From positions 959,907 through 1,023,906 of the forward strand of contig OY970230.1 of assembly GCA_963714095.1 (NCBI GenBank): a stretch of 64,000 bases of DNA, written 5' to 3'. The position numbers and the translations under genes were made by a program. This DNA is from Candidatus Gottesmanbacteria bacterium. GTDB lineage: Bacteria; Patescibacteriota; Microgenomatia; UBA10105; UBA927. This document shows, piece by piece, positions 18,233 to 31,106 of this stretch. The notes under the pieces are model-generated. The model ran no database searches, was not told the origin of the DNA, and saw nothing but the letters and a program-made list of their open reading frames with translations. Position 1 is the stretch's first letter, and each line of letters opens with the position of its first letter.

Positions 18233-19165
18233 ATGAACGTTGTTATCACAGGAAGCCTGAGTTTTGATTACATTATGGATTTTTCCGGTAGGTTTGCCGA
18301 CCGCATTATGCCGGACAAAATCCATAAGATTTCCCTGAGTTTTCTTGTCGACACCCTCAATAAACAATTCGGAGGGACTGCAGGAAACATTGCATATTCG
18401 TTAAAACTTTTAGGAGTTAATCCAACGATAGTTGCCCCGGCGGGTAATGATTTCAGCGAATATCATACGCATCTTACGTCACGGAAGATTTCAACAGCAG
18501 CAATTCCGATATATAAAGATGTGAAAACAAGTTCCTATTTTGTCGTCACCGATAGGGATGACAATCAGATCGGATCGTTTTATACCGGTGCGATGAAATA
18601 TGCGGGTAATCTTTCTCTCCCAAAAACCGCTGATTTTGTGGTTTTGGCTCCGACTGAGCCGGATGCGATGAAAAAGTATGTCGCCGAGTGCAAAAAACGC
18701 CGTCTTTTGTATCTGTATGACCCGGCATTTCAAATCGGGAATTTTACAGCAGACGAGCTTCGCGAGGGTATTATTGGTGCAAAAATTTTAATCGGAAATG
18801 ATTATGAAATTGCGCTTATAGAACAAAAATTGGGAATCTTTCACAAAGAACTTGCCACTATGGTGCCCATTCTTATTACCACAGTAGGCGCAAAAGGTTC
18901 CGTCATCGAAACGCAAAAAGAGAGCATTCACTGTAAAGCGGCAAAACCGAAAAATACAATCGATCCGACCGGAGCAGGGGACGCATTCCGGTCAGGATTT
19001 CTTGCCGGATACCTGCGTGGATATGATTTACAAGTATGTGGTCAGATGGGATCGGTTGCCGCAGTCTATACTGTAGAGACATACGGGACGCAAACGCATT
19101 GGTATACGAAGAAGGAATTTATTAAACGGTATAAGGAGAATTTCGGGCAAACCATAACGCTATGA
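18233..19165 (+). CDS. PfkB-family carbohydrate/nucleoside kinase
   Basis: 'FGGTAGN' GG motif and 'DPTGAGDAF' ribokinase-family ATP motif. Confidence 0.8.
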   Translation: MNVVITGSLSFDYIMDFSGRFADRIMPDKIHKISLSFLVDTLNKQFGGTAGNIAYSLKLLGVNPTIVAPAGNDFSEYHTHLTSRKISTAAIPIYKDVKTSSYFVVTDRDDNQIGSFYTGAMKYAGNLSLPKTADFVVLAPTEPDAMKKYVAECKKRRLLYLYDPAFQIGNFTADELREGIIGAKILIGNDYEIALIEQKLGIFHKELATMVPILITTVGAKGSVIETQKESIHCKAAKPKNTIDPTGAGDAFRSGFLAGYLRGYDLQVCGQMGSVAAVYTVETYGTQTHWYTKKEFIKRYKENFGQTITL

Positions 19166-19713
19166 AGTTTGGTCAGATAATCAAAACATTTAAGAGTACA
19201 AAAGGTAACACCGTGGTATTCCGCTATCCGAAAAAATCGGATCTTGACGATATGCTTGCATTTGCAAACGATCTCATAGAAGAAGATACATTTGTGCTTT
19301 TAAGCGGGAAGAAACTGACTCGGGAAGAAGAAATAAAACATCTTAATGAAACACTGGCGGATATACAAAAAGGACGGAAGATTCATATTGCGGCGTTGGT
19401 CGGTGGACAGTATGCCGGAAACGCCGTTATCCGGATCGGGTTACTGCGGCATTCTCATGTCGGAGATGTGGGAATTTCTCTCTCCCGCGCATTTCGGGAT
19501 GAGGGCATCGGTACCGAGTTGTTAAAAACTATCATTCACGAAGGACGAGCTGCGGGATTGCGTCTGTTGACGATCAATTGTTTTGAGAACAATGACCGGG
19601 CTCTTCATGTATATAAAAAGGCCGGTTTTATACCAATAGGAATTATTCCCGGCGAAATTTTATATAAAGGTAAATATTACGGTGAAGTAAGGCTGTATAT
19701 GCCGCTTGTTTAG
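19162..19713 (+). CDS. GNAT family N-acetyltransferase
   Basis: GNAT fold segments ('HVGDVGISLSRAFRDEGIGTELL'). Confidence 0.7.
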   Translation: MKFGQIIKTFKSTKGNTVVFRYPKKSDLDDMLAFANDLIEEDTFVLLSGKKLTREEEIKHLNETLADIQKGRKIHIAALVGGQYAGNAVIRIGLLRHSHVGDVGISLSRAFRDEGIGTELLKTIIHEGRAAGLRLLTINCFENNDRALHVYKKAGFIPIGIIPGEILYKGKYYGEVRLYMPLV

Positions 19714-22205
<2,492 letters not shown>

Positions 22206-22206
22206 T

Positions 22207-23121
22207 ATGAAAGATTTTCTTCTGTTTTCCGGATCCAGTAACCAGCCGCTGGCCCGCGACGTGGCAAAACTTTTAAAAATTCCGCTGGGGAACGTAGATT
22301 TAACACGGTTTGCCGACGGAGAGCTGCGTCCGTGGATCCGGGAAGACGTGCGGGACAAAACGGTATGTGTGTTGGAGTCATTTTCGTACCCGATGGATGA
22401 ACACATCATGGAAATGGTACTTATGGGGGATGCAATCCGCAGGGGAGCACCGAAAACGATGGTTGCCGTGATTCCGTATTTTGGGTATGCCCGTCAGGAT
22501 AAACTTCACCGTCCGGGTGAGCCGGTCTCTGCGCGGGTCATCGCAAAATTTCTTGAAGTCAGTAAATACAAGGAAGTTATTACCGTGGACCTCCATAACG
22601 ACGCCATAGTCGGGTTTTTTCAGATTCCGGTGACACACGTATCTGCCCTTACCGTGCTTGCCGCGGAGATTAAACGCCTCCACATGACGAATACGGTTAT
22701 CGTTTCCCCGGATGTCGGAGGCACGAAACGCGCAAGGAATCTGGCGTACCTTTTGGATGTGCCGATGATTGTTATGGAAAAGAAACGCTCTCTGGACCGG
22801 CATGATACGAGTGAGTCGTTTCAAATAATAGGAGATGTCAGGGGAAAAACAGCTCTTATTATCGACGATATTATATCCACGGGCGGAACCATTGCCAACA
22901 GCGCCCAATCGCTTAGCCAAGCAGGGGCTACCTCCGTTCTTGTTTTTGCAACCCATGGGGTTCTGGCGGGTGATGCCAAAAAGAAACTGGAATCACCGCT
23001 GATTGATACTATTGTCATTACCGATACGATTAACGTTCCGAAAGATAAATTGTTTACTAAACTTCGGATAGTATCCATTGCCCCGATCCTTGCTGATGCT
23101 ATTTCGCAGGTAGTGCGGTAA
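22207..23121 (+). CDS. prs: ribose-phosphate pyrophosphokinase
   Basis: 'PYFGYARQDK' and PRPP-binding 'IIDDIISTGGT'. Confidence 0.9.
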   Translation: MKDFLLFSGSSNQPLARDVAKLLKIPLGNVDLTRFADGELRPWIREDVRDKTVCVLESFSYPMDEHIMEMVLMGDAIRRGAPKTMVAVIPYFGYARQDKLHRPGEPVSARVIAKFLEVSKYKEVITVDLHNDAIVGFFQIPVTHVSALTVLAAEIKRLHMTNTVIVSPDVGGTKRARNLAYLLDVPMIVMEKKRSLDRHDTSESFQIIGDVRGKTALIIDDIISTGGTIANSAQSLSQAGATSVLVFATHGVLAGDAKKKLESPLIDTIVITDTINVPKDKLFTKLRIVSIAPILADAISQVVR

Positions 23122-23134
23122 AATAAAGTCGCGT

Positions 23135-23737
23135 ATGAGCCGAATCCTTCCGAAAGCGGTCACAAAAGTTATTGAGTCGTTCCAGCGGCTGCCGGGGATC
23201 GGCCCCAAAACCGCGACACGGCTTGCGTTTTATTTACTGCACGTTCCCGAGGAAGAACTTGCTCAGTTTGCAAAAAATCTTACTGATTTGAAGGCAAATA
23301 CGGTGCTCTGTTCAATCTGCAAAAATATTGCTGAAGTTGATCCATGCACTATTTGCGCAAGTCCGTCGCGCGATCAGTCAATTATTTGCGTGGTTGAACA
23401 GCCGACGGATGTGCTTTCGATCGAGCGGACAGGAAAATTTAACGGCGTATACCACGTCCTTCATGGATCTATCGATCCGTTAAATAATATCGGTCCCGAT
23501 GAGTTATACATTGCGGATTTGCTGAAACGTGTTAAAAATGTGGAAGAAGTTATTCTTGCGATGAATCCGAATATGGAAGGAGAGGCAACGGCGATGTACT
23601 TAACCAAGCAGATAAAAACCCGTAATACGAACTGCGCCATCACGAGACTCGCCCATGGTTTGCCGGTCGGGGCGGATATCGAATATGCGGACGAAGTGAC
23701 GCTTTCGCGGGCGCTGGAGGGGCGGAGGCAATATTAG
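23135..23737 (+). CDS. recR: recombination protein RecR
   Basis: HhH 'LPGIGPKTA', a C4 zinc finger and a Toprim domain. Confidence 0.9.
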   Translation: MSRILPKAVTKVIESFQRLPGIGPKTATRLAFYLLHVPEEELAQFAKNLTDLKANTVLCSICKNIAEVDPCTICASPSRDQSIICVVEQPTDVLSIERTGKFNGVYHVLHGSIDPLNNIGPDELYIADLLKRVKNVEEVILAMNPNMEGEATAMYLTKQIKTRNTNCAITRLAHGLPVGADIEYADEVTLSRALEGRRQY

Positions 23738-23739
23738 CT

Positions 23740-24045
23740 ATGATTACAAAAAAAGACGTGGAAAAAGTTTTGAAGAATATTCCTGATCCGGAGATCGGGG
23801 TGTCGTTGTGGGATTTGGGACTTGTTTACAATATTGATGTCGATAAAAAAACGGGTCGCGTAGAAATTCTTATGACACTTACAACGGTCGGATGTCCGTT
23901 ATTTGGACAGATTGCCGATCCTGTACGGCAAAACGTAGAGAAGCTAAGGGGTGTTAAGAAAGTCGTAGTAACCCTGACATTTGAGCCGCCTTGGACGGTA
24001 GACCGGATGAGTCGTAGCGCCAAGATGCAATTAGGTTTTTCCTAA
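23740..24045 (+). CDS. DUF59/SufT-like Fe-S assembly protein
   Basis: 'LWDLGLVY' and 'TLTTVGCP' DUF59 motifs. Confidence 0.7.
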   Translation: MITKKDVEKVLKNIPDPEIGVSLWDLGLVYNIDVDKKTGRVEILMTLTTVGCPLFGQIADPVRQNVEKLRGVKKVVVTLTFEPPWTVDRMSRSAKMQLGFS

Positions 24046-24050
24046 AAATT

Positions 24051-24521
24051 ATGGCAGGAGTTGCAAAACAAATAATCGGGTCATTTGAAGATATCGGCAA
24101 GGATATTGCTCATGAAGTGGCCAAAGTTCCAACCGATATTGCCGGCAAGGCGCTCGAGAGCCTGGGAACCAGCAGCCAAAAGGGGCAAAAGGGAAATCAA
24201 ATGACTGCGGCGGCTGCAGATGCGACAAAAAAATCAGAAGGGGCCCTCGGACAATTGGACCAAACCAAAGATCAAAAAGCAAAACAGGCGATTGCTAGGG
24301 AAGCACTTTCTCAGCTGGCAGGAAGGCCGAAACAAAAAGAACTTTCGGTTCGAGAAAAACAGGAACAGGAAGAAGCGCAAAAAGCAGAGGCGTTAAAAAA
24401 GCAGCAAGCCATGCAGATGGGACCGGCACCGATGATATCCAGTAAACCCAAGCGAGATAATTTGTACGGCATTAAACAAAAATCTAGTTCCGAAATGAGC
24501 AAGAACGCCCGGCAGGACTGA
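24051..24521 (+). CDS. hypothetical K/Q/A-rich low-complexity protein
   Basis: An ORF with biased composition. Coding status is uncertain. Confidence 0.35.
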   Translation: MAGVAKQIIGSFEDIGKDIAHEVAKVPTDIAGKALESLGTSSQKGQKGNQMTAAAADATKKSEGALGQLDQTKDQKAKQAIAREALSQLAGRPKQKELSVREKQEQEEAQKAEALKKQQAMQMGPAPMISSKPKRDNLYGIKQKSSSEMSKNARQD

Positions 24522-24524
24522 GTG

Positions 24525-24533
24525 TGAGATAAT
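24525..24533 (+). promoter_or_regulatory. extended -10 promoter TGaGATAAT, 6 nt before the cysS ATG
   Basis: The consensus match implies a leaderless transcript. Confidence 0.4.
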
Positions 24534-24539
24534 GAACCC

Positions 24540-25976
24540 ATGGAATTCAAGGTATATAATTCGCTTTCCAGGAGCGTAGAAATATTCAGACCAATCCATC
24601 CGCCGGATGTCGGCATGTATACGTGCGGCATGACGGTGTATGACTACGCGCATATCGGGCACGGCAGGAAATACGTCGGCGATGATATCCTGCGGCGGAC
24701 CCTTTCCCGTTTCGGATACAACGTGACACACGTACAAAACGTCACGGACGTCGGGCATCTGGTTTCCGATGAGGACGCGGGGGAAGACAAATTAGAAAAA
24801 GGTGCTAAAAAGCAGGGAAAAACAGTTTGGGAAGTCGCGGATTTTTTTACCAAGCATTTTTATGATTCGATGGACGCGTTGAATATTCTCCGGCCGACCA
24901 TTATCTGCAAGGCAACCGATCACATTCCCGAACAAATAGCGCTGGTAGCGCGGTTAGTTGATAAAGGGTTCGCCTACGATACGTCAGAGGCGGTCTATTT
25001 TGATGTATCGAAATTTCCTAAATATGAGTCGCTCTTCGGAAATCAGCAATTGGCCCAAAAACAAGTCGCTGTGCGCGAAGCCGTTCAAACAGGGGAACAT
25101 AAAAAACATGCTGCGGATTTTGCCTTGTGGTTTAAGAGGGTAGGGAGGTTTGCCGATCACTCCATGCACTGGCAAAGTCCCTGGGGAGACGGATTCCCCG
25201 GTTGGCACCTCGAGTGTTCGGCGATGAGTATGAAATATCTTGGCGAATCGTTTGATATCCATACCGGCGGGATTGATCACATACCCGTGCATCATCCGAA
25301 TGAAATAGCCCAGTCAGAAGCTGCCACAGGAAAGCCGTTTGTGCATTATTGGGTTCACTACGCATTTCTTATGGTTGACGGTAAAAAGATGAGTAAAAGC
25401 CTGGGAAATTTTTATACGATCGGGGATATTATCCAAAAAGGGTTTGATCCGGTTGCTCTCCGGTATTTTTATCTCACTGCACACTACCGGAAGCCGGAAA
25501 ATTTTACGTGGGAAGGGTTGACTGCCGCACAAAATTCCTTAAATGAGCTCCGGAAACAACTTGCGGTGATGAAAATGTCCCACAGAAATTCACTTTCAGC
25601 AGAAAAATTGGTGAAGGTTGAGGTGTATCGGAAACGTTTTGACGGTGCGCTTGCTGATGATATGAATACACCTGAGGCGCTCGCAGTAGTGTGGGAGGTC
25701 GTAAAAAGCAATATTCCCGCACCGGATAAATATGATGTACTTATTGATTTTGATGAAGTATTAGGATTGGGTTTAAATACCGTACAACTACCGGAATCAG
25801 AGACAGTTTCAATTTCCGATTTGTCTCCGCAGATTCAAGCGCTCTACGAAAAGCGGAACGCATTAAAAAAAGATAAAAAATTTGATGAGGCAGACGTAGT
25901 AAGAAGTGAAATTGGAAAAGAAGGTTTTATACTTGAAGATACCGCGTCCGGTACCGTCATTAAACAAAGGCAATAA
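24540..25976 (+). CDS. cysS: cysteinyl-tRNA synthetase
   Basis: 'HIGHGR' (HIGH) and 'KMSKSLGN' (KMSKS). Confidence 0.95.
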   Translation: MEFKVYNSLSRSVEIFRPIHPPDVGMYTCGMTVYDYAHIGHGRKYVGDDILRRTLSRFGYNVTHVQNVTDVGHLVSDEDAGEDKLEKGAKKQGKTVWEVADFFTKHFYDSMDALNILRPTIICKATDHIPEQIALVARLVDKGFAYDTSEAVYFDVSKFPKYESLFGNQQLAQKQVAVREAVQTGEHKKHAADFALWFKRVGRFADHSMHWQSPWGDGFPGWHLECSAMSMKYLGESFDIHTGGIDHIPVHHPNEIAQSEAATGKPFVHYWVHYAFLMVDGKKMSKSLGNFYTIGDIIQKGFDPVALRYFYLTAHYRKPENFTWEGLTAAQNSLNELRKQLAVMKMSHRNSLSAEKLVKVEVYRKRFDGALADDMNTPEALAVVWEVVKSNIPAPDKYDVLIDFDEVLGLGLNTVQLPESETVSISDLSPQIQALYEKRNALKKDKKFDEADVVRSEIGKEGFILEDTASGTVIKQRQ

Positions 25977-25986
25977 AAAATTTCCG

Positions 25987-26376
25987 TTAAGGGGTGGTAA
26001 GCGTGACCGCCGTCAGAGCGTGACTTGCGACGTTAAATGTGGATGCCACAACTCCAACTGTGACGGTTTTTCCCGGTGACACTGATGAAAAATTAAAATC
26101 CACCGGAGCTGTGACTGTCCAATCACCCAAATTTTGCGGCGCACCTGCCAGATTGCTGGCAGCAAACTGCACGTTGATTACCTGAATTGTTCCTTTAGTT
26201 TCATTTACAGTGTTTACAATACCGGTCAGTTTGAGGGTGTTTTGGGTTCCTGCCTGCGCACGCACATCGTTAGAAGATCCGGCCGGGGTTGATTTATCCA
26301 GTATTGCAACAAGTGCAACAGCCATAAGAATCAGGATGAGGCTGCCGAAAATAAACACATTCGTTTTATTTTTCAT
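25987..26376 (-). CDS. hypothetical secreted/anchored small protein
   Basis: N-terminal signal/TM 'IFGSLILILMAVALVAIL'. Confidence 0.45.
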   Translation of the reverse strand: MKNKTNVFIFGSLILILMAVALVAILDKSTPAGSSNDVRAQAGTQNTLKLTGIVNTVNETKGTIQVINVQFAASNLAGAPQNLGDWTVTAPVDFNFSSVSPGKTVTVGVVASTFNVASHALTAVTLTTP

Positions 26377-26420
26377 CTCTTATTCGCATTCTTCCATGCA
26401 GGAATGCATCTGTCAAGTCA

Positions 26421-26429
26421 TGATACAAT
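26421..26429 (+). promoter_or_regulatory. extended -10 promoter TGaTACAAT, 7 nt before the dus ATG
   Basis: The consensus match implies a leaderless transcript. Confidence 0.4.
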
Positions 26430-26436
26430 TGGGGTC

Positions 26437-27402
26437 ATGAAATCGTTTTGGCACAGGTTGCCTAGACCCATTTTAGCGCTTGCACCGATGGAAGATGTGA
26501 CTGATACGGTATTTCGGAGAATTGTTGCATCGTGCGCCTGCCCTACGGTTTTCTTTACGGAATTTACGAGCGTTGACGGATTATTTTCCCGCGGCAGGGA
26601 AGCCGTTATTCATCGTCTGGATTATACGGAAACCGAACGGCCGATTATCGCCCAGATTTGGGGTAATACGCCGGAGTTATTTTATAAAGCAGCGAAACTT
26701 ATTGCACAACTGAAATTCGACGGCGTGGATATCAATGCGGGTTGTCCGGAAAAAAATGTTACATCTCATGGCGGGGGAGCGTGTTTAATACAAGATCCAT
26801 CACTTACGAAAGAAATTATTCAGGCAACAAAAGAAGGCATCGGCGATCTCCCTGTCAGTGTAAAAACCCGTCTTGGGTACAAAAAGATTTCAGATGATTG
26901 GATACCGTTTTTACTCGAACAAAATTTAGATGCATTAACGATTCACGGACGCACAGCAGCCGAATTATCGAAAGTTCCGGCTCATTGGGATGAGATTAAA
27001 AAGGCAGTGTTGTTAAATAAAAAGATGAAAAATAATACGATTATTTTAGGGAACGGTGATGTGAAGGATTATGCCGATGCAGTGAAGAAATGTGAGGAGT
27101 ATGGCACCGACGGCGCGATGATTGGGAGGGGAATATTCCGTAATCTTTGGGCATTTGATCATGCCGGAGTATCGCATATGGAGAATCATCAGGAGATGCT
27201 GAAGATTATGCGGGAACATATGAAGCTTTTCGGAGAAACATGGGGCAACGGGAAAAACTTTGCAGTATTAAAAAAATTCTTTAAAATCTATGTGCAGGGG
27301 TTTCCGAATGCAAGTGAGATTCGGGAGCGCCTTATGGAGTCCGCAAATAGTGGAGAGGCAGAACAGGTTCTCCACGGGATCAGCGTTTCAGCTTCCGGAT
27401 AA
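26437..27402 (+). CDS. dus: tRNA-dihydrouridine synthase
   Basis: 'LAPMEDVTD' Dus signature, with TIM-barrel colinearity. Confidence 0.85.
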   Translation: MKSFWHRLPRPILALAPMEDVTDTVFRRIVASCACPTVFFTEFTSVDGLFSRGREAVIHRLDYTETERPIIAQIWGNTPELFYKAAKLIAQLKFDGVDINAGCPEKNVTSHGGGACLIQDPSLTKEIIQATKEGIGDLPVSVKTRLGYKKISDDWIPFLLEQNLDALTIHGRTAAELSKVPAHWDEIKKAVLLNKKMKNNTIILGNGDVKDYADAVKKCEEYGTDGAMIGRGIFRNLWAFDHAGVSHMENHQEMLKIMREHMKLFGETWGNGKNFAVLKKFFKIYVQGFPNASEIRERLMESANSGEAEQVLHGISVSASG

Positions 27403-27757
27403 GCTGTTCAAGCTTCACGAGCGTTTGGTCGCTTACACCGTGTTCAAGTGCCTCAATATCGTGTTCAATAATATGCTCAGGTAACTTCAGGATGTGTAAG
27501 AACTCAGAGAGTATTTCATGGCGTTTCCGGATCCCGCGCCCGACAGATCTTCCTTTGGGGGTGAGCGTGAATCCCCGATAACGCTCGCGGACAATATGTC
27601 CCGATTGTTCGAGTTTTTTCAGCATCATGGTTACGGATGCAGGTGCCACATGAAGCCGCTGTGCCATATCCGTGACGCGCGCATATCCTTTTTCGTCAAG
27701 CAGTTCGCAGATGCGCTCAAGATAATCTTCATGTGGTATCGTCAGTGGTTTGGTCAT
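27380..27757 (-). CDS. mntR: DtxR/MntR-family metal-dependent transcriptional regulator
   Basis: HTH 'RVTDMAQRLHVAPASVTMMLKKL'. The start is taken at 'MTKPL'. It lies directly downstream of mntH. Confidence 0.75.
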   Translation of the reverse strand: MTKPLTIPHEDYLERICELLDEKGYARVTDMAQRLHVAPASVTMMLKKLEQSGHIVRERYRGFTLTPKGRSVGRGIRKRHEILSEFLHILKLPEHIIEHDIEALEHGVSDQTLVKLEQLIRKLKR

Positions 27758-27765
27758 TGATCGTA

Positions 27766-29061
27766 TTATAGAACGTTTATTACTGTTGCTATAAGCCAGA
27801 TATTTAAGACTGTGATGATAAGGGTGACGGTCCAACTGAGGTATTTGAGTACGGCGCCGTTTACGAATTGTCCCATGTATTTTCGTTCATTCGTAAATTG
27901 AACGAGCGGAATTACGGCAAACGGCAGTTGCATACTTAAGACAACCTGGCTGAAGATGAGTAATTTCGCGAGTCCGTGTGCGCCATACAACCCTACGATA
28001 ATGAGTGCCGGGATTATAGCAAGTAATCGGGTGAGTAGCCTTCGTTGCCAGGGTTTCAGGTGAATATCCACAAACCCCTCCATGACGACCTGACCGGCAA
28101 GCGTACCGGTAAGGGTAGAATTGTGACCGCTGGCTAAAAGTGCAACGGCGAACATGATGCTTGCAAGACCTGTCCCCAATAGCGGAGTCAGAAGTTTGTA
28201 GGCTTGCTGGATTTCTGCGACAGTCGCCATGCCGCGGGTAAAAAATGTAGCTGCGGAAACGATAAGGATCGCGCTATTGACGAGTGTTGCCATAATGAGT
28301 GCGATATTTGAATCAATGGTCGCATACGCGATCGCTTCTTTTTTATGAAAATTTGTATTTTTAAAATCGCGGCTCTGAACGAGCGCCGAGTGGAGGTATA
28401 GATTGTGCGGCATGACGGTTGCGCCCAGTATACCGATAGCGATATAGAGCATATCACGGTTCGTGATGAGTTGCATGGTGGGGATATACCCCGTCAACAG
28501 TGCGTTTATTACCGGATGTGACAGGAGTATTTCTATGCCGAAGCTTGCGATAATGACGGCAATGAGTGTGATAACAACGGCCTCCAGATATCGTATGCCT
28601 TTGTGTTGTAAAAAAAGAAGCAAGAGCGTGTCAAAGGCGGTTATGATGACCCCGATAATAATCGGCAGATGGAACAGGAGGTTGAGGGCTATGGCGCTCC
28701 CGATGACTTCCGCCAGATCACATGCGGTGATGGCTATTTCTGCCATAATCCATAAGAACCGGCGGATAGGCTTTGGATAATGATCGTGGCATGCTTGGGC
28801 CAAATCCTTGCCTGTGACGATGCCGAGTTTCAGCGCCAGGTGTTGGAGAAGCATTGCCATCAGCCCCGATATAAGTACGACAGACAGTAATGTATAGCCG
28901 AACCGCGATCCGCCGGCCAAGTCCGTTGCCCAATTGCCGGGGTCCATATAGCCCACAGCAATAAGGTAACCCGGGCCGGCAAACGCAAGGAATTTGCGCC
29001 ATTTTGAGAATTCCTTCAGAATCGGAATGGTTCTGTGAATTTCCTCCAAACTCTTGCGCAT
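27766..29061 (-). CDS. mntH: Nramp-family divalent metal transporter
   Basis: 'GPGYLIAVGYMDPGNWATDL' Nramp motif. About 11 TM helices. Confidence 0.9.
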   Translation of the reverse strand: MRKSLEEIHRTIPILKEFSKWRKFLAFAGPGYLIAVGYMDPGNWATDLAGGSRFGYTLLSVVLISGLMAMLLQHLALKLGIVTGKDLAQACHDHYPKPIRRFLWIMAEIAITACDLAEVIGSAIALNLLFHLPIIIGVIITAFDTLLLLFLQHKGIRYLEAVVITLIAVIIASFGIEILLSHPVINALLTGYIPTMQLITNRDMLYIAIGILGATVMPHNLYLHSALVQSRDFKNTNFHKKEAIAYATIDSNIALIMATLVNSAILIVSAATFFTRGMATVAEIQQAYKLLTPLLGTGLASIMFAVALLASGHNSTLTGTLAGQVVMEGFVDIHLKPWQRRLLTRLLAIIPALIIVGLYGAHGLAKLLIFSQVVLSMQLPFAVIPLVQFTNERKYMGQFVNGAVLKYLSWTVTLIITVLNIWLIATVINVL

Positions 29062-29082
29062 AGATAGAGTTTACCCCATCTA

Positions 29083-29108
29083 ACATTTTTAGTCGAGGTT
29101 AAAAATAG
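29083..29108. promoter_or_regulatory. imperfect palindrome in the mntH/MTHFS divergent region (candidate MntR operator)
   Basis: 'acatttttag-tcgagg-ttaaaaatag' has arms that are reverse complements with one mismatch. Confidence 0.3.
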
Positions 29109-29128
29109 CACCGCGTGATACAATCGAT

Positions 29129-29698
29129 TTGATGAGCGGTAACAAAAGCAAAGGACTCCCACGGATTTTTTATATGTCTGTCCGGCGGCTTATTCCAATT
29201 GCTGATCGATTGGATGCAGACCGGATTATTTGTGATAAAGTGATGAACCGGCCCGAGTGGCAAAAGGCAGAAACAATCTGCCTTTACATGTCTACACCGG
29301 AAGAGGTTGATACGAAGCCATTATTAGCTGCAGCGTTGACAGTCGGGAAACGGGTAGTTTTTCCGCGAGTCGATGAAGAACGTTTAGTTCTTCATCAGGT
29401 CCGGTCGGTTAAAGATTTTACCTGCGGCATATATAAAATCCTTGAACCTAAGAAATCGACTCCAGTTGTTAGTCCGAAATCCGTTGATCTTTTTATCGTT
29501 CCGGGTATTACGTTCGACTGGGAAGGGTACCGGATGGGTTATGGGAAGGGATATTATGACAGATTACTTGCGGGCCTCGACGCGCCTAAAATCGGTCTGG
29601 CGTATGCAATACAAATGGTTGCACAAGTTGCGCGCTCGTCGTATGATGTTCCGATGACAATGGTTATTACGGAGGAGGAAATCATATGCCGGCAGTAA
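29129..29698 (+). CDS. 5-formyltetrahydrofolate cyclo-ligase
   Basis: 'GYGKGYYDRLL' MTHFS motif. Confidence 0.8.
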   Translation: MMSGNKSKGLPRIFYMSVRRLIPIADRLDADRIICDKVMNRPEWQKAETICLYMSTPEEVDTKPLLAAALTVGKRVVFPRVDEERLVLHQVRSVKDFTCGIYKILEPKKSTPVVSPKSVDLFIVPGITFDWEGYRMGYGKGYYDRLLAGLDAPKIGLAYAIQMVAQVARSSYDVPMTMVITEEEIICRQ

Positions 29699-30642
29699 AA
29701 CACACGCATCCCGAATATCAGTATCTGGATCTTATGGACGACATCATGAAGCACGGCAAGTGGAAGGTGAGCCATTCTACGGGTGTAAAGCTTAAAAGTG
29801 TGTTCGGACGCATCTGCCGGTATGATCTCTCAAAGGGTTTACCGGTTCTTACAACGAAAAAAGTATTTACCCGCGGTATTATTTACGAGCTTCTGTGGTT
29901 TCTTTCTGGGTCCAGCAATATTAAATATTTACTGGATAATAACGTGCATATCTGGGATGAATGGGCGTACAAAAAATATGAGTGGGCGGTTGCGGAGCAT
30001 AAAGCCAAGGCCATGACGTTCGAAGCTTTTATGGAGAAGGCAAAAACTGATTCAGAATTTTTGAAAAAATGGGGAGAGTTGGGGCCGGTGTACGGCGTGC
30101 AGTGGCGAAAATGGCCTGTGAATCATACGCGAACTGTAGATCAGCTGGGATGGGCAATTGAGAAAATCAAAAAGTATCCGATGAAAAAGCATTATATTAT
30201 TTCAGCCTGGAATGCCGGATGCATTTATGAGATGAGCGGGTCACATAGCGCCAGCATGGTAATCGCACCGTGCCATACAATGTTCCATATTAATATCACC
30301 GGTGATAAATTATCGTTACTTTTGTACCAGCGCAGCGCCGATTTATTTTTAGGCGTGCCGTTTAATATCGCATCCTACGCACTTCTTACCATGATGCTGG
30401 CGCAGGTTACGGGATATAAGCCCGGCGAATTCGTTCATGTTTTTGGCGACGTGCATATTTATGAGAATCATTTAAAACAATGCCGAGAACAGCTTTCGCG
30501 TAAACCGCGCCCGTTTCCGAAAATGATCATCAATCCGAAAGTGAAAGAAATCGATGACTTCAAGTTTGAAGATTTCCAGCTGGTCGGGTACAACCCGCAC
30601 CCCCCGATTAAAGGGGATATCACTGTTGTCGGAGGATTTTAA
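29686..30642 (+). CDS. thyA: thymidylate synthase
   Basis: 'CHTMFHINI' active-site Cys region, and the 'LGVPFNIASYALLT' motif. Confidence 0.95.
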   Translation: MPAVKHTHPEYQYLDLMDDIMKHGKWKVSHSTGVKLKSVFGRICRYDLSKGLPVLTTKKVFTRGIIYELLWFLSGSSNIKYLLDNNVHIWDEWAYKKYEWAVAEHKAKAMTFEAFMEKAKTDSEFLKKWGELGPVYGVQWRKWPVNHTRTVDQLGWAIEKIKKYPMKKHYIISAWNAGCIYEMSGSHSASMVIAPCHTMFHINITGDKLSLLLYQRSADLFLGVPFNIASYALLTMMLAQVTGYKPGEFVHVFGDVHIYENHLKQCREQLSRKPRPFPKMIINPKVKEIDDFKFEDFQLVGYNPHPPIKGDITVVGGF

Positions 30643-31106
30643 TGCTGTCAATCATTGCGGTTATCGGCAAAAATAGAGAATTGGGAAAAGATAACGATTT
30701 GATCTGGCATTTGCCTGGCGACATGAAACGTTTCCGCCAGATTACCACCGGCCACCCGGTTATCATGGGCCGTAAAACCTTCGAGTCCATCGGCCGTCCT
30801 CTCCCAAATCGTTTAAATATTATTATATCCCATCAAAAAAATATAGCCGGTGTTACAGTTGTTCCCTCACTTGATGAAGCGATTGCCGTAGCTGGAAATG
30901 ATCCTGAAATTTTTATCATCGGCGGGGGATCTATCTATGCGCAAGCTATCGATAAGACTGACCGCCTTTATTTAACAATTGTTGACGCTACTGCCCCGGA
31001 GGCCGACATCTTTTTCCCTGACTACTCACGGTTTACAAAAGTAATTGAAGAAACCCTGCAGGAAGAGAACGGAATCAATTTTACATACCGTACCCTCGAA
31101 CCATGA
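30642..31106 (+). CDS. folA: dihydrofolate reductase
   Basis: 'VIGKNRELGKDNDLIWHLPGD' and the 'IMGRKTFES' motif. Confidence 0.9.
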   Translation: MLSIIAVIGKNRELGKDNDLIWHLPGDMKRFRQITTGHPVIMGRKTFESIGRPLPNRLNIIISHQKNIAGVTVVPSLDEAIAVAGNDPEIFIIGGGSIYAQAIDKTDRLYLTIVDATAPEADIFFPDYSRFTKVIEETLQEENGINFTYRTLEP

